DNA of 32,000 bases from Candidatus Electrothrix sp. GW3-4 (lineage in GTDB: Bacteria; Desulfobacterota; Desulfobulbia; Desulfobulbales; Desulfobulbaceae), in contig NZ_CP147990.1 of the NCBI RefSeq assembly GCF_037902255.1, forward strand, positions 1,860,001 through 1,892,000, written 5' to 3'. A program made the position numbers and the translations under genes. Below the pieces are notes generated by a model. That model was not told the origin of the DNA and made no database searches. It was given only the letters and a program-made list of their open reading frames with translations. Shown one piece after another: positions 14,444-24,569 of this stretch. Position 1 is the stretch's first letter. Every line of letters begins with the position of its first letter.

Positions 14444-16269
14444 TTGCTTTCTCCCGTTTCAAGACGATGAATTTTTTCCTGTATACGCTTACTTTCCTGA
14501 TCTTCTTTCCCCTTCCCTGCCTGCTCCTCTTTGTATTCTTGATACATGTCCAAGGCCTTGCGCCAGGTTTGCTTGGCTTTTTCTGGAAGTCCCAGGGCCA
14601 GATACGTCTCTGCCAGGTGATCAAGGATCGCTGGATCATCTGGTGCCAGCTCCACCGCCATCTCCAAAGACTTTCTCGCCTTTTCATATTCTCCCTGCTG
14701 GTAATGCACCCAGCCGAGACTATCGCGAATATAGCCGTTATCTGGTTTTAATTTCGCTGCACGGGAGATATACTGCAGGGCCTCAGTCAGATTTTTTTTC
14801 TTATCCGCCCAGGTATAGCCGACGTAATTCAAGGCCCCGGCATGTTCCGAGTCCATGGCAATAATCCGCTCCATGATCTCCAAAGCGGCATCCTGCTCTC
14901 CTCTATAATCCAGGAACAATCCGTATTCGTACAGCACCTGCTCATCTTCAGGATAGACCTCCAAGGCTCGCTGGAAGGTGTTGCGACATTGCTCTACCTG
15001 CCCAATAAACTGGTAGATGCCAGCAAGAAGGATGTAGAGATCCGGGGTACGTCCTTCTTCCTGGGCAAGCGCAGATTCCAGGGCCTGCACAGCCTCATGA
15101 TGTCGATTCAGCTCCTTCAAAGTCCGCACCTGCAAAAAAAGACTATCCTCATACTCCGTTGCCTCATGATCAACTTTCTGGAGATCTAACAGGACCTTTT
15201 CGTATTGCCCCTCCTGAAATCGAAGGGCTGCCAGCAGGTAACGGGCCTCGGAACTTTCATATTTTTGGAGAAATTCTTCAAGCGAGGCAATCGCCTTATC
15301 ATACTCCTCCCAGCGAGCATACAGGCGAATAATAGTGAGTTCGGCCTGCTTCGGGTTCTTGATGCTTTCCTTCAGGCGCTGCAACTCCGCTATCGCCTTA
15401 CGCTCTTTTCCCTGCAAGAGGTAGATATGAATAAGAGCGACTTGAGCCTCCTCATTTTGCTCATCATGATGAAGAATCTCCTGGTACAGTCCAACGGCCT
15501 GACCATATTTTTTTTGCCGGGTCAGGACATCAGCGAGTTCCAGCTGCAAGCCCTCAGACCAAGTGATATCCAGGGCTTGCTCGTAATGGCGTTGGCCCGC
15601 TTCAAAATTATCCTCAGCAACCAGGAGACGTGCCAAGAGAAGATGAGCAGAATAAGAACGCTCGTCAACTGTCAGCACATCGCGCAGGGCCGTTTTTGCC
15701 ATATCGTATTTATTCTCAGCAAGGTACAGCTCGCTCAGCAGGAGTAGGGCGGTGGTATCCTGGGCATCCAGTTGATGAATTCTTCGGTACTGAGCAGCAG
15801 CCTTTTGAAACTCGCCTTGGCGAATATACACCTTGGCCAACAACATCCTGGATATAGTATCTTTCGGATGATGGACGAGGTATTGTCTGAGACGAAGAAT
15901 GGCCTCTTCTCCGCGATTGAGGCGCAGGAGGAGCAGAGGGATCTTGCGGTGAACAAACTCCGCATCAGGCTTACATTGCAAAGATTTTTCGTACGCAGCA
16001 AGTGCCTTTTCATACTCTGCTGCCAGCTCAGCGTGCCGCCCCCAAAGAAAGTGAAAATAACTGCACCCCCTATCATCCCCGCTCTTCTGGGCTGAAGTGT
16101 CAACAGGCTTATCCGTCTTCGCCGCCACCTCCTGGCCCGTATGGTCCACAGCCTGGTGCTGTCCACAGCCACCAAGTCCAGTAATAAGAGCAAGCAAGAG
16201 CAAGCCCATCTTCAATTTTCGGGAGGAGAAATCCGTCCAGTTCAGATACAACATAGATTCTTTCGTCAA
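14440..16269 (-). CDS. Tetratricopeptide-repeat (TPR) lipoprotein
   Basis: The lipobox is ALITGLGGC. The body consists of repeated 34-residue A/Y/L-patterned TPR units throughout. The track start is a TTG at 16269, and the ATG at 16254 is an alternative start. Confidence 0.8.
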   Translation of the reverse strand: MTKESMLYLNWTDFSSRKLKMGLLLLALITGLGGCGQHQAVDHTGQEVAAKTDKPVDTSAQKSGDDRGCSYFHFLWGRHAELAAEYEKALAAYEKSLQCKPDAEFVHRKIPLLLLRLNRGEEAILRLRQYLVHHPKDTISRMLLAKVYIRQGEFQKAAAQYRRIHQLDAQDTTALLLLSELYLAENKYDMAKTALRDVLTVDERSYSAHLLLARLLVAEDNFEAGQRHYEQALDITWSEGLQLELADVLTRQKKYGQAVGLYQEILHHDEQNEEAQVALIHIYLLQGKERKAIAELQRLKESIKNPKQAELTIIRLYARWEEYDKAIASLEEFLQKYESSEARYLLAALRFQEGQYEKVLLDLQKVDHEATEYEDSLFLQVRTLKELNRHHEAVQALESALAQEEGRTPDLYILLAGIYQFIGQVEQCRNTFQRALEVYPEDEQVLYEYGLFLDYRGEQDAALEIMERIIAMDSEHAGALNYVGYTWADKKKNLTEALQYISRAAKLKPDNGYIRDSLGWVHYQQGEYEKARKSLEMAVELAPDDPAILDHLAETYLALGLPEKAKQTWRKALDMYQEYKEEQAGKGKEDQESKRIQEKIHRLETGESK

Positions 16270-16549
16270 ATTTTTGCGTCAATCCTGCTAGTTCTTGACA
16301 TTTGCGCCCGGTTCACACGGACAGGCAGTTACACAGACTTATTTATATAGCATGAAAGAGAATTCCACAACAAGAGAGAGATAAATTTCTCTAGAACCAA
16401 GAGAATAGTACTGGAGTCTGGCGTAGGCATTCCGTTTTTTGTACAATATAGCCAAGCTCCTGTACATAATCACACCGCATGACGGGAACAGATTGACCGC
16501 TTCAGCTTGCCTCTACCTTTTTTCAAGCAGGACAGAACGAATCCATCAA

Positions 16550-17479
16550 ATGACACAACACTATAAAATAAAATATATTTTTTGCAGAAGAACAGCATTA
16601 TTTTCCATTATTCTGTTCTTTTTGTTTGCCTTCCTCCTGGTTACACCAGGATATACCTATACTGACCAACAAGACGTGCAACATCATGAACGTACAACAA
16701 AAAAAAGCTCATGGTGGGATCGGCTCCATTTTTCAGCCACCGCTCGTCAACTTGATTTTGAGGATCTTAACGAGACCTTAACTCTCAGTCCTTTGGATCA
16801 ATTTATATATTCTGATCAGCCGTGGACCATTGACTGGCAGCAGGATATGTTCTATGGAAGTCTTTTCTACGATTTCCTTAACCGCCCTCACTTCACCCTC
16901 TCTGCCGGTCTCCATTTGGGGATAAGCCAAGGGGAATTTTCCGCAACTAATACTATTACCGGGTTCAATGAATGGTGGCAAACAGAACCAGCCTTGCTCT
17001 GGGGAATCCATTCCGCTGCCGAAATATTCTCCAAAAGAAGACAAGGACCTTTTCTGCGTCTGCGCTCTAATTATTTTGCAGCACGCGGCGATGAAGAAGA
17101 GGAAGTTGTCCGTAATGCCCGGCCCGGCAATAATGTTGATGCGAGAACAGCGTCCTTCCATTGGAAGACCCTGGAAACCGAAATGCTCATAGGCTGGCGT
17201 TTTGCCTCACTGAGCCCTTTGACCGGACTTTCCTACTCCTGGTTCAAGTTACGGAAGAGGCTGTCCCATCATATTACCAAAACAGGAGAAACGCCTTTTG
17301 AGTCATTATTGATTGCAACGCTCAATGCCGAAGATGCCAAATTCGAGTATAAGAACCACGATGAACTTGGCTGGCTCGTCGGCTTGGAGTGGCAACCGAC
17401 AGAACATTTTAGCTGTATTGCCACTTCGAAGATCACCAACCATCTTAGCTGGCAGCTTACAGCACGGCTCAGCTTTTAG
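16550..17479 (+). CDS. Putative outer-membrane beta-barrel protein
   Basis: I prefer the start at ATG 16550 (MTQHYKIKYIF..., followed by a hydrophobic signal) over the TTG at 16439. The protein has alternating amphipathic strands and a C-terminal aromatic end, ...WQLTARLSF. Confidence 0.5.
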   Translation: MTQHYKIKYIFCRRTALFSIILFFLFAFLLVTPGYTYTDQQDVQHHERTTKKSSWWDRLHFSATARQLDFEDLNETLTLSPLDQFIYSDQPWTIDWQQDMFYGSLFYDFLNRPHFTLSAGLHLGISQGEFSATNTITGFNEWWQTEPALLWGIHSAAEIFSKRRQGPFLRLRSNYFAARGDEEEEVVRNARPGNNVDARTASFHWKTLETEMLIGWRFASLSPLTGLSYSWFKLRKRLSHHITKTGETPFESLLIATLNAEDAKFEYKNHDELGWLVGLEWQPTEHFSCIATSKITNHLSWQLTARLSF

Positions 17480-17526
17480 AGCAAAAAAAGACGCTTTCTG
17501 GAAAAAACATAACCGAAATAGGCACA

Positions 17527-18705
17527 ATGTCTCCCTCCACTCTGTTCTTTCTCCTCTTTATGACGGTCGCTCTGGGTGTTTTTGCCTTAATGCATTATTA
17601 TTTCTGGCGACGAATGGTGAAAGATCCCGGTTTCAACCGCCGGGATAAAAGAATCGGCACAACAGTGCTTATCTGCCTTTTTTTCTTTTTCCCGACCACC
17701 CTTTTCCTGGCAAAACAGTTCTCCATTCAGCGGCTATTTCCTCTGGTATGGTTCGCCTATCTCTGGCTTGGCATCCTGATGCTCTTCTTTTTTTTCTTCC
17801 TGTTTATGGACAGCCTGAAGCTCTTTTATCATACTATGCGCTGCCTTCTAGCGGGCCGCAGTGAACTCCCTGATCCGGGACGGAGACGGTTTCTTGCCCG
17901 CACTCTTGCCTCTTCTGCCTCAGTATTGGTGCTTGGTGTTTCCGCCTTTGGCGTCAAACGATGTCTTGATCCACCTCAGGTCAAGCAATTATTTATCAAG
18001 ATGCCAGGACTTCCTCCCAGCTTTAAAGGCTTCTCCATTGTGCAAATATCAGACATCCATATCGGCGCCATGTCCATGCTCTCTGAACTGGCCGATATTG
18101 TCGCAATCGTAAACACATTGAAGCCAGACCTGATCGCCATAACAGGAGACTTAGTTGACGGGAATACGGCTCAGCTCCTCAGCGAGCTTACCCCCTTAAC
18201 TGAGCTCACAGCCCCACATGGTGTTTTTTTTGTCACTGGAAATCACGAGTACTACAGCGGCGTGGAGCAATGGCTGCCTGAAATAGAGCGACTCAATATC
18301 ACCGTGTTAAACAACAGGAGAACAGAGATACGTCGGGGCAATGACTCCTTTATCTTGGCTGGCGTAACCGATCACCAGGCCGGGAGGTTTGGCCAAGAGC
18401 ACGCCCCGGATTTTAACAAGGCATTAGGCAAAATGACCACAACACAAAAAAAGATCCTCCTGGCTCATCAGCCCAGAGCGGTCGAAAAAGCAGCCCAATA
18501 CGGGGTAGATCTGGTTCTTTCCGGTCATATGCACGGGGGGCAGATATGGCCGTTCAGGTATCTGACCCGTTTGCAACAACCCTATCTTAAAGGACTTTAC
18601 CGGCACAAGAAGACCCTGCTCTACGTCAACCAGGGCACAGGATACTGGGGGCCGCCCATGCGAGTTGGCACCTATAAGGAAATCACCAGGTTTATTCTCA
18701 GCTGA
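17527..18705 (+). CDS. Membrane-anchored metallophosphoesterase (calcineurin-like)
   Basis: Several N-terminal TM helices precede the phosphoesterase motifs QISDIHIG, GDLVDG, GNHEY and GHMHGGQ. Confidence 0.85.
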   Translation: MSPSTLFFLLFMTVALGVFALMHYYFWRRMVKDPGFNRRDKRIGTTVLICLFFFFPTTLFLAKQFSIQRLFPLVWFAYLWLGILMLFFFFFLFMDSLKLFYHTMRCLLAGRSELPDPGRRRFLARTLASSASVLVLGVSAFGVKRCLDPPQVKQLFIKMPGLPPSFKGFSIVQISDIHIGAMSMLSELADIVAIVNTLKPDLIAITGDLVDGNTAQLLSELTPLTELTAPHGVFFVTGNHEYYSGVEQWLPEIERLNITVLNNRRTEIRRGNDSFILAGVTDHQAGRFGQEHAPDFNKALGKMTTTQKKILLAHQPRAVEKAAQYGVDLVLSGHMHGGQIWPFRYLTRLQQPYLKGLYRHKKTLLYVNQGTGYWGPPMRVGTYKEITRFILS

Positions 18706-18835
18706 GCTGACATCTCCATATCATCCTGCCTGTAAAGAGCAATCCTGACGTAGCGACAACGCTACGATGCGAACTTTCGAAAAAACGAACGTGTCACGAA
18801 ACCATCAATCTTGAACTAAACCATTCAAAAATATT

Positions 18836-19567
18836 ATGAACCTCCTCCTCTTTGAACAGCATGAGCTGCATGCGGACCATTTACGCCTGACAGGTCATAG
18901 GGCCAAGCATATCCATACCGTACTTAAACTCAAAACCGGCGATAGCGTGCGCATCGGTATAGTGAACGGCAAAATGGGGCAAGGAACGATTACCCACATG
19001 GAGGAGAATGCGATCGAACTGGAGATAAGGCTGGACTGTGCCCCTCCCCCGCTACCTGAGATCGAGCTCATCCTTGCCCTGCCCCGCCCGATTATGCTCC
19101 AGCGTATCCTGAAACAGGCAACGGTTATGGGGGTGCGCCGTTTTCATCTAATCAGATCTGCCAAGGTGGAAAAATCCTTTTTTCAGACTCCGGTGTTGGA
19201 GCCGGAAAAAATTAAGGAACTCCTCCTGGAAGGCTTGACCCAAGCTATGGACACCCGCTTACCGGAGGTGCAGGTATTTCGACGCTTTAAGCCCTTTGTT
19301 CAGGATGTTGTGCCAACCTTAACCGGTTGTGGCCTCCTTGCTCATCCAGGGGGTACAGCAGAACTACCTGACGTCTATCTAACGTCTAGAGAAAAGAAAC
19401 GAATTCTGCTGGCTGTTGGGCCGGAAGGTGGGTGGAATGATTTTGAGGTGGACAATTTTCTTACTCAGGGTTTTTCTGTGTTTTCCATGGGACCCAGGAT
19501 TCTGCATGTGGATACAGCGGTTGTCGCCTTGTTGGCACAGCTACAGCTTCTGCGAGGTATTCAGTAG
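18836..19567 (+). CDS. rsmE: 16S rRNA (uracil1498-N3)-methyltransferase RsmE
   Basis: 243-aa ORF. The N-terminus is PUA-like. The SPOUT C-terminus carries LAVGPEGGW and MGPRILHVDTA, matching the RsmE signature. Confidence 0.85.
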   Translation: MNLLLFEQHELHADHLRLTGHRAKHIHTVLKLKTGDSVRIGIVNGKMGQGTITHMEENAIELEIRLDCAPPPLPEIELILALPRPIMLQRILKQATVMGVRRFHLIRSAKVEKSFFQTPVLEPEKIKELLLEGLTQAMDTRLPEVQVFRRFKPFVQDVVPTLTGCGLLAHPGGTAELPDVYLTSREKKRILLAVGPEGGWNDFEVDNFLTQGFSVFSMGPRILHVDTAVVALLAQLQLLRGIQ

Positions 19568-19648
19568 CTTATCTCTACAATAATCGATAGCATCTGGCAT
19601 AATATCATGCAAAATCATAGATTTACCTTGGCCTTTATTCGAGAAAAA

Positions 19649-21181
19649 TCATCCCACATCAAATTGTTGCCGTCGATATTGCACGGCTTCGGCAACATGC
19701 GAAGAATCAATCTGCTCAGCTCCGGTAAGATCGGCAATAGTGCGAGCAATCTTGATAATTCGGTGATAGGCACGCGCTGACAAGCCAAGTTGCTCAATAG
19801 CGCTATTGAGCAGGGTCTTTCCCGGCTGATCCAATGAACAAAATCTTTCGATTTGGCGAGACCCCATCTGGGCATTGCAGTTGATGAGCGGCGCAGAAAC
19901 AAAGCGTTGCTGCTGTCGTTTGCGAGCTGTATTAACCCGCTTACGAATTGTCACTGACGATTCGCCCGCCTTTTGGGTGCTGATCTCCTCTACCTGAACT
20001 GGTGGCACCTCCACATGCATGTCGATTCGATCCAGCAGAGGCCCTGAAAGTTGATTACGGTAGCGTTGCACCTGCACAGGCGAGCAGGAACACGACTTTA
20101 CTTTATCCCCCAAGAAGCCACAAGGACATGGGTTCATAGCGGCTACAAGCATGAAAGTTGCCGGAAAACGAAGACTTGCAGCTGCCCGGGCAATAGTGAC
20201 AATGCCGTCCTCCAAGGGCTGACGCATGACCTCTAAGACATGCTTACGAAATTCCGGCATCTCATCAAGAAACAGAACCCCGTTATGGGCCAATGAGACC
20301 TCACCGGGCCGGGGAATTCGTCCACCGCCAATTAATCCTGCATCTGAGATGGTATGGTGGGGTGTGCGAAAGGGACGGGTCACCAGCAAAGGCATATCTT
20401 CAGGGAGAAGACCAGTGGTGGAATAGATCTTGGTGGTTTCCAGGGCCTCTTCCAGACAAAGATCCGGCAGGATAGTGGGTAGCCTCCGGGCCATCATGGT
20501 CTTGCCGGTTCCGGGCACCCCGCTGAGCAAGATGTTATGCCCCCCAGCCGCTGCCACCTCAAAGGCGCGTTTAGCATGTTCCTGCCCACGCACCTCGGAA
20601 AAATCCACGGAGTATTGATTCCGTCTGGAAAATAAGGCCTGCACGTCGGTTCGAGACGGTGCAATACTCTGTTGTCCGGCAAGAAAGTCCATGGCCTGCC
20701 GCAGGCTTTGCACCGCAATGATCTCAATCCCATCGACCACAGCCGCCTCATGGGCATTATCCCCAGGAACCAAAAAACGTTGGATTTTATTCTGCTTTGC
20801 CTCCAACACCATGGGAAGAACACCCCGGACCGGTCGAACTGCGCCATCAAGGGACAGTTCTCCTACAATAGCGGTATGTTCCAATTCTGGACAGGTTAGC
20901 GTGCCTGAAGCAGCAAGAATGCCTAAGGCGATGGGCAAATCATAGCCAGCCCCTTCCTTTTTCACCGCTGCCGGGGCTAGATTCACCGTTATCCTGCGTG
21001 GTGGAAACTCATAGCTCGAGTTTTTTATCGCCGCTTTTACCCGATCCTTGGATTCACGTACTGCTCCCTCAGCCAGACCAACCGTGAAAAAACCGGGCAG
21101 CCCCAAGGCCAGATCCACTTCCACACGAACTATAAGACCGTCGACACCTGCGACGGCACCGCTAAGTGTTTTGGAGAGCAT
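19649..21181 (-). CDS. comM: YifB/ComM-family Mg-chelatase-like AAA+ ATPase
   Basis: 510-aa ORF. The N-terminus is Lon-protease-like (GLPGFFTVGLAEGAVRESKDRV). Walker A is SGVPGTGKTM and Walker B is VLFLDEMPEF. A Cys cluster NPCPCGFLGD...CSCS is present. Confidence 0.9.
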   Translation of the reverse strand: MLSKTLSGAVAGVDGLIVRVEVDLALGLPGFFTVGLAEGAVRESKDRVKAAIKNSSYEFPPRRITVNLAPAAVKKEGAGYDLPIALGILAASGTLTCPELEHTAIVGELSLDGAVRPVRGVLPMVLEAKQNKIQRFLVPGDNAHEAAVVDGIEIIAVQSLRQAMDFLAGQQSIAPSRTDVQALFSRRNQYSVDFSEVRGQEHAKRAFEVAAAGGHNILLSGVPGTGKTMMARRLPTILPDLCLEEALETTKIYSTTGLLPEDMPLLVTRPFRTPHHTISDAGLIGGGRIPRPGEVSLAHNGVLFLDEMPEFRKHVLEVMRQPLEDGIVTIARAAASLRFPATFMLVAAMNPCPCGFLGDKVKSCSCSPVQVQRYRNQLSGPLLDRIDMHVEVPPVQVEEISTQKAGESSVTIRKRVNTARKRQQQRFVSAPLINCNAQMGSRQIERFCSLDQPGKTLLNSAIEQLGLSARAYHRIIKIARTIADLTGAEQIDSSHVAEAVQYRRQQFDVG

Positions 21182-21215
21182 ATTGTTATTGTTCTGGTAA
21201 ATTTTGCTCGAAGAA

Positions 21216-22337
21216 TCAGGTGAAAGAATTAAAAATATCTACAAGTCGAGGTATAATCTTTTCTACCGAATAATGTTGTTCTACAACAGTTCTTCCTTTC
21301 TCACCCATTTGCTTCCGCAGAGCAGCACTATCAACTAATGCTGCTAAAGTATCTATCCATTCTGTATAGTTTCTCGGGCCAAAACCGATCTCATCTTTCC
21401 CGAGGACTTCTTTATTCATTCCAGTAGGAGAGACGACAACCGGAATGCCTGTTGCCATATACTGAAGCATCTTAAAAGAACATTTACCTTTTTCCCATTT
21501 AGTATCATGCAATGGCATAATACCAATGTCCATTTTTTGAACGGCCTGCACTTCTGTCTCAGGTGACCAAGGAAAGAAGCAAACATTTTGCGCAGGTAGA
21601 CGAGTAAATAGAGGAGGCGTATCCGCTACAACAAGTAATTTCACAAAAGGAAACTTTTCAAACAGATACAAAAGAACATTTTCAACATCATAAAGGTATT
21701 TGTAATTACCTGATGTTCCGATCCAGCCTATGTATAGACACTCTTGGGAAGAAAAGGACCTCGGGTACCAACGCTCGGTATCAACCCCGGTTGGAAGAAT
21801 CCACGTTGGAACATTACAACCCTCAAAATGATTAGCAAGCCATGAATTTCCGCAAATCAGCCCATCCATCTTTCGCACAATTTTCTGTGCAAAATTTTCT
21901 GTTGCTTTAAGCCTCAACCAGATAGCATCATCTACATCAAATATTCTCGGGCGGTTAGTTAGCCCTTCTGTCGTTGCGAAAGCCGTTAAGAACTCCCTCT
22001 GAATCCATGTAATATCAGATCGATAACTTTGAATAATTGCAGGAATTCTTGATGCAATCCTAAGCCCTGCTGTTCCTAGTTGAGGAATAGCTTGAACAGG
22101 TAATGAATATTTATGATACCAATACCTACCCGATTTAGAGATAAATGGATAGTATTCGCTAACATTAATATTATATTCAGCTAATCCATTGATATATTGG
22201 CGTACACGAAATCTTGCGGAAGGTTCGTTTTCTCCGCCAGTTATTGCGGTGATATTCAACGTAACTATCAAATATAAATTTATTATTTTTTGCCACAAGC
22301 AATCAAATTTACAGAAATAATTCTCTGCCAATCGCAT
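21216..22337 (-). CDS. Glycosyltransferase, group 1 / GT4-like
   Basis: The C-terminal KGKCSFKMLQYMATGIPVVVSPTGMNKEVLG block is the GT-B donor-binding region. The start is uncertain. ATG 22337 overlaps the upstream gene by 55 nt, while TTG 22271 would leave an 11-nt gap. Confidence 0.7.
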   Translation of the reverse strand: MRLAENYFCKFDCLWQKIINLYLIVTLNITAITGGENEPSARFRVRQYINGLAEYNINVSEYYPFISKSGRYWYHKYSLPVQAIPQLGTAGLRIASRIPAIIQSYRSDITWIQREFLTAFATTEGLTNRPRIFDVDDAIWLRLKATENFAQKIVRKMDGLICGNSWLANHFEGCNVPTWILPTGVDTERWYPRSFSSQECLYIGWIGTSGNYKYLYDVENVLLYLFEKFPFVKLLVVADTPPLFTRLPAQNVCFFPWSPETEVQAVQKMDIGIMPLHDTKWEKGKCSFKMLQYMATGIPVVVSPTGMNKEVLGKDEIGFGPRNYTEWIDTLAALVDSAALRKQMGEKGRTVVEQHYSVEKIIPRLVDIFNSFT

Positions 22338-23008
22338 TCACTAAAATAAATCATTATCCTTAGAAAGAAACGGACAGCAACGACGATAGACTTTTTAAGT
22401 GCAAAAAGCAGATTATAGACTCCTATTTCCTCTTGATAACAATGAATATCAACAAATCCTACATGCCGAAAAAGTTGAGTTAAAGATTTTTCATGAAATG
22501 ATATTGTGTGTGTTAAATCAAGATACCTTGATGCATGACTTAACGGACAGGCCGAGTTAATAGTTTTTACAATAATAAGTCCATTGGGTTTGAGAGATCT
22601 ATACAAAGCTTGCAAAAAAGAAATAAGATGTTCTTTCTCGATATGTTCTAATACATCGTTCATTGTGACCACATCGTATTTTTCTTCGTGCTGCAAACAA
22701 AAATCAACAGAGTCAACAACATGACGAAAATCAACATCAGGCTGCATCTTTAAAGCAAGCTCTATCTGGGTACTCGACATATCGATACCGGTAGTATTTG
22801 AAAACCCATCTTTTCGTAAATAAAAAAGAAACTGACCCAAGCCGCATCCTACGTCAAGAATTTTAGCATTTTTAGGAAGTGAAGAAAAAAAACGTTGATA
22901 GTTCCATCTATACTTTCTCGCTACCAACTCAAAACTTTTCAAGTCAAGGCCTTGACTTTTGCTTAGCGAAAATCCTTCCTCATAGTAATTATTATACAGT
23001 TCTTTCAT
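22283..23008 (-). CDS. Class I SAM-dependent methyltransferase
   Basis: Motif I is ILDVGCGLGQF, and an acidic post-I residue and VTMNDVLEHI are present. I prefer the start at ATG 23008 (MKELYNNYYEEG) over the track start 23086. Confidence 0.8.
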   Translation of the reverse strand: MKELYNNYYEEGFSLSKSQGLDLKSFELVARKYRWNYQRFFSSLPKNAKILDVGCGLGQFLFYLRKDGFSNTTGIDMSSTQIELALKMQPDVDFRHVVDSVDFCLQHEEKYDVVTMNDVLEHIEKEHLISFLQALYRSLKPNGLIIVKTINSACPLSHASRYLDLTHTISFHEKSLTQLFRHVGFVDIHCYQEEIGVYNLLFALKKSIVVAVRFFLRIMIYFSECDWQRIISVNLIACGKK

Positions 23009-24293
23009 GGGAGAGCCTAGCTTCAGATTTAATAAGATATGCGAGTGAGGCACACGCTGCAAGCAGCAAAGATATGCCACCGGCAAGAATACTGAGCTGC
23101 TGCACTAAACTAACGAGTATAAGCACATTGCAGACTAAAAAAAAAAGCTGTGACCGAAAAGTTATTTTACTCTCGTTAGCTCCTTTACTAGCTAGATAAT
23201 ATGTTTTCAGTTGCACATGAAATTGAACAGCATTAAACAGGCATAAACTGCTAAACAGCCCAAGTGACATTGGATACGAGTACATCCACAAAACAAACCC
23301 GCCTACAGTAACTGATACAAATATGGTAATTGGATACTGAAAAAGGATAAATTTTCCTAACAACTCACTAATATTATTACTTCTACAAAATATTGGAAAA
23401 ACATACGTCAAAATAATCGTCATAAAGGCGCTAATTATTCCATAGGTAGACAAAAAATGGGCCTGATAAACCCCTACTTCTTCAGCTCCAAGGGTTCTAT
23501 TAATAAGAATCCGATCGATGCTAAAAGTGGCCATCCCTACCAATCCATTGAGGAGTAAAAAATATCCTTGATAAAGAATATTTCTAATATATTCCAATCT
23601 AATCTTCTCAAAGAGAGCCAAAAAAAATTTCTTTGAAAAGCAAAATCCAGCAAAAAAATAACCTAGAAAAAAAATGTAACTGACTGCAACAAGGTCTGCC
23701 AGATACCAGCCCCAAAATAATCCCAATACTCCAAACAGCACAATAAGAGCCCATATATTTTCGATAAGCACATAAGCAGACCAATCCTCCCTGCCTTGGA
23801 CGATATGTTTTGTTAAAATCCACCAAGAGTAAAAAATAGTCATAATCAATGTCAGGCTCATCAGCTGTGGTGTGACGTTAAACAATCTTACAAAATAATT
23901 TTGCAAAACAGCGAGAAAAGTCGTCACAAGAAGAGAACTGACGAAAACTACCAAAAGTAAAGATGTTAAAGCCTGTCGTTTTTTTCTTTCTTCTTTCTCC
24001 TTTGACACGATTTTTATGAAAACCAACCCCCAACCATTCACTATAGGCATAGAAAAATAGCTAGATAAAAGAATAATCATGGTAAGTTGCCCATATACTT
24101 CCGGCCCTAACTTTCGTCCCATAATAATCTGAGCGGCTGTGGAGAAAACTCTTGCCGCCAGCATTCCCACCCCGAAAATTATAAATTTTTTAACCTGCGT
24201 TTGTGCCTGGGGAGAAGGATCGCTATGGAAAATACGTTGCCAGAAAAAAATGAAAGTACGTTCTATGATTGATTTCAGCATATGAAACTGCAT
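22992..24293 (-). CDS. Wzx-like polysaccharide/oligosaccharide flippase (MOP superfamily)
   Basis: 433-aa ORF with about 12 hydrophobic helices. It sits among glycosyltransferases, and its size and topology are typical of Wzx. Confidence 0.7.
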   Translation of the reverse strand: MQFHMLKSIIERTFIFFWQRIFHSDPSPQAQTQVKKFIIFGVGMLAARVFSTAAQIIMGRKLGPEVYGQLTMIILLSSYFSMPIVNGWGLVFIKIVSKEKEERKKRQALTSLLLVVFVSSLLVTTFLAVLQNYFVRLFNVTPQLMSLTLIMTIFYSWWILTKHIVQGREDWSAYVLIENIWALIVLFGVLGLFWGWYLADLVAVSYIFFLGYFFAGFCFSKKFFLALFEKIRLEYIRNILYQGYFLLLNGLVGMATFSIDRILINRTLGAEEVGVYQAHFLSTYGIISAFMTIILTYVFPIFCRSNNISELLGKFILFQYPITIFVSVTVGGFVLWMYSYPMSLGLFSSLCLFNAVQFHVQLKTYYLASKGANESKITFRSQLFFLVCNVLILVSLVQQLSILAGGISLLLAACASLAYLIKSEARLSHERTV

Positions 24294-24569
24294 TCAAGTT
24301 TCCACCTTCTCCCATGCAAGTCCAGAAATATTTTTTTCTGACCGTTACAGGTTTTTTTCTTTCGTATCAAAATCAATGCTGATCAGGTATACTGTGCTCA
24401 TTTCGCAATGATAATATCCCATTTTGACGGCCTGTTGGAGCGTTGAATTCTCCGCTCGTATGGTTTCATTTCTTTCTTGATAAGATGAATCCTGGGCTTA
24501 TGATCCCGTGAATCATTGAAAAATTCGGAACCCTGTGATTAGTTACGATCATTTACTCAAAAATCGGGG

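Noticed and set aside
14316-14864. Plus-strand ORFs of 182 aa and 128 aa across the TPR / LolB-like junction
   Set aside because: They are antisense to two well-supported lipoprotein genes, and their P/S/L-rich translations have no motifs.
16439-16549. TTG-initiated 37-codon N-terminal extension of the OMP candidate
   Set aside because: The extension precedes a proper ATG followed by a basic N-region and a hydrophobic signal. The extension itself has no signal-like character.
18749-18766. Hairpin cgtagcg-acaa-cgctacg downstream of the metallophosphoesterase gene, considered as a terminator
   Set aside because: It has a 7-bp stem but no adjacent T-run, so the evidence is too weak to call.
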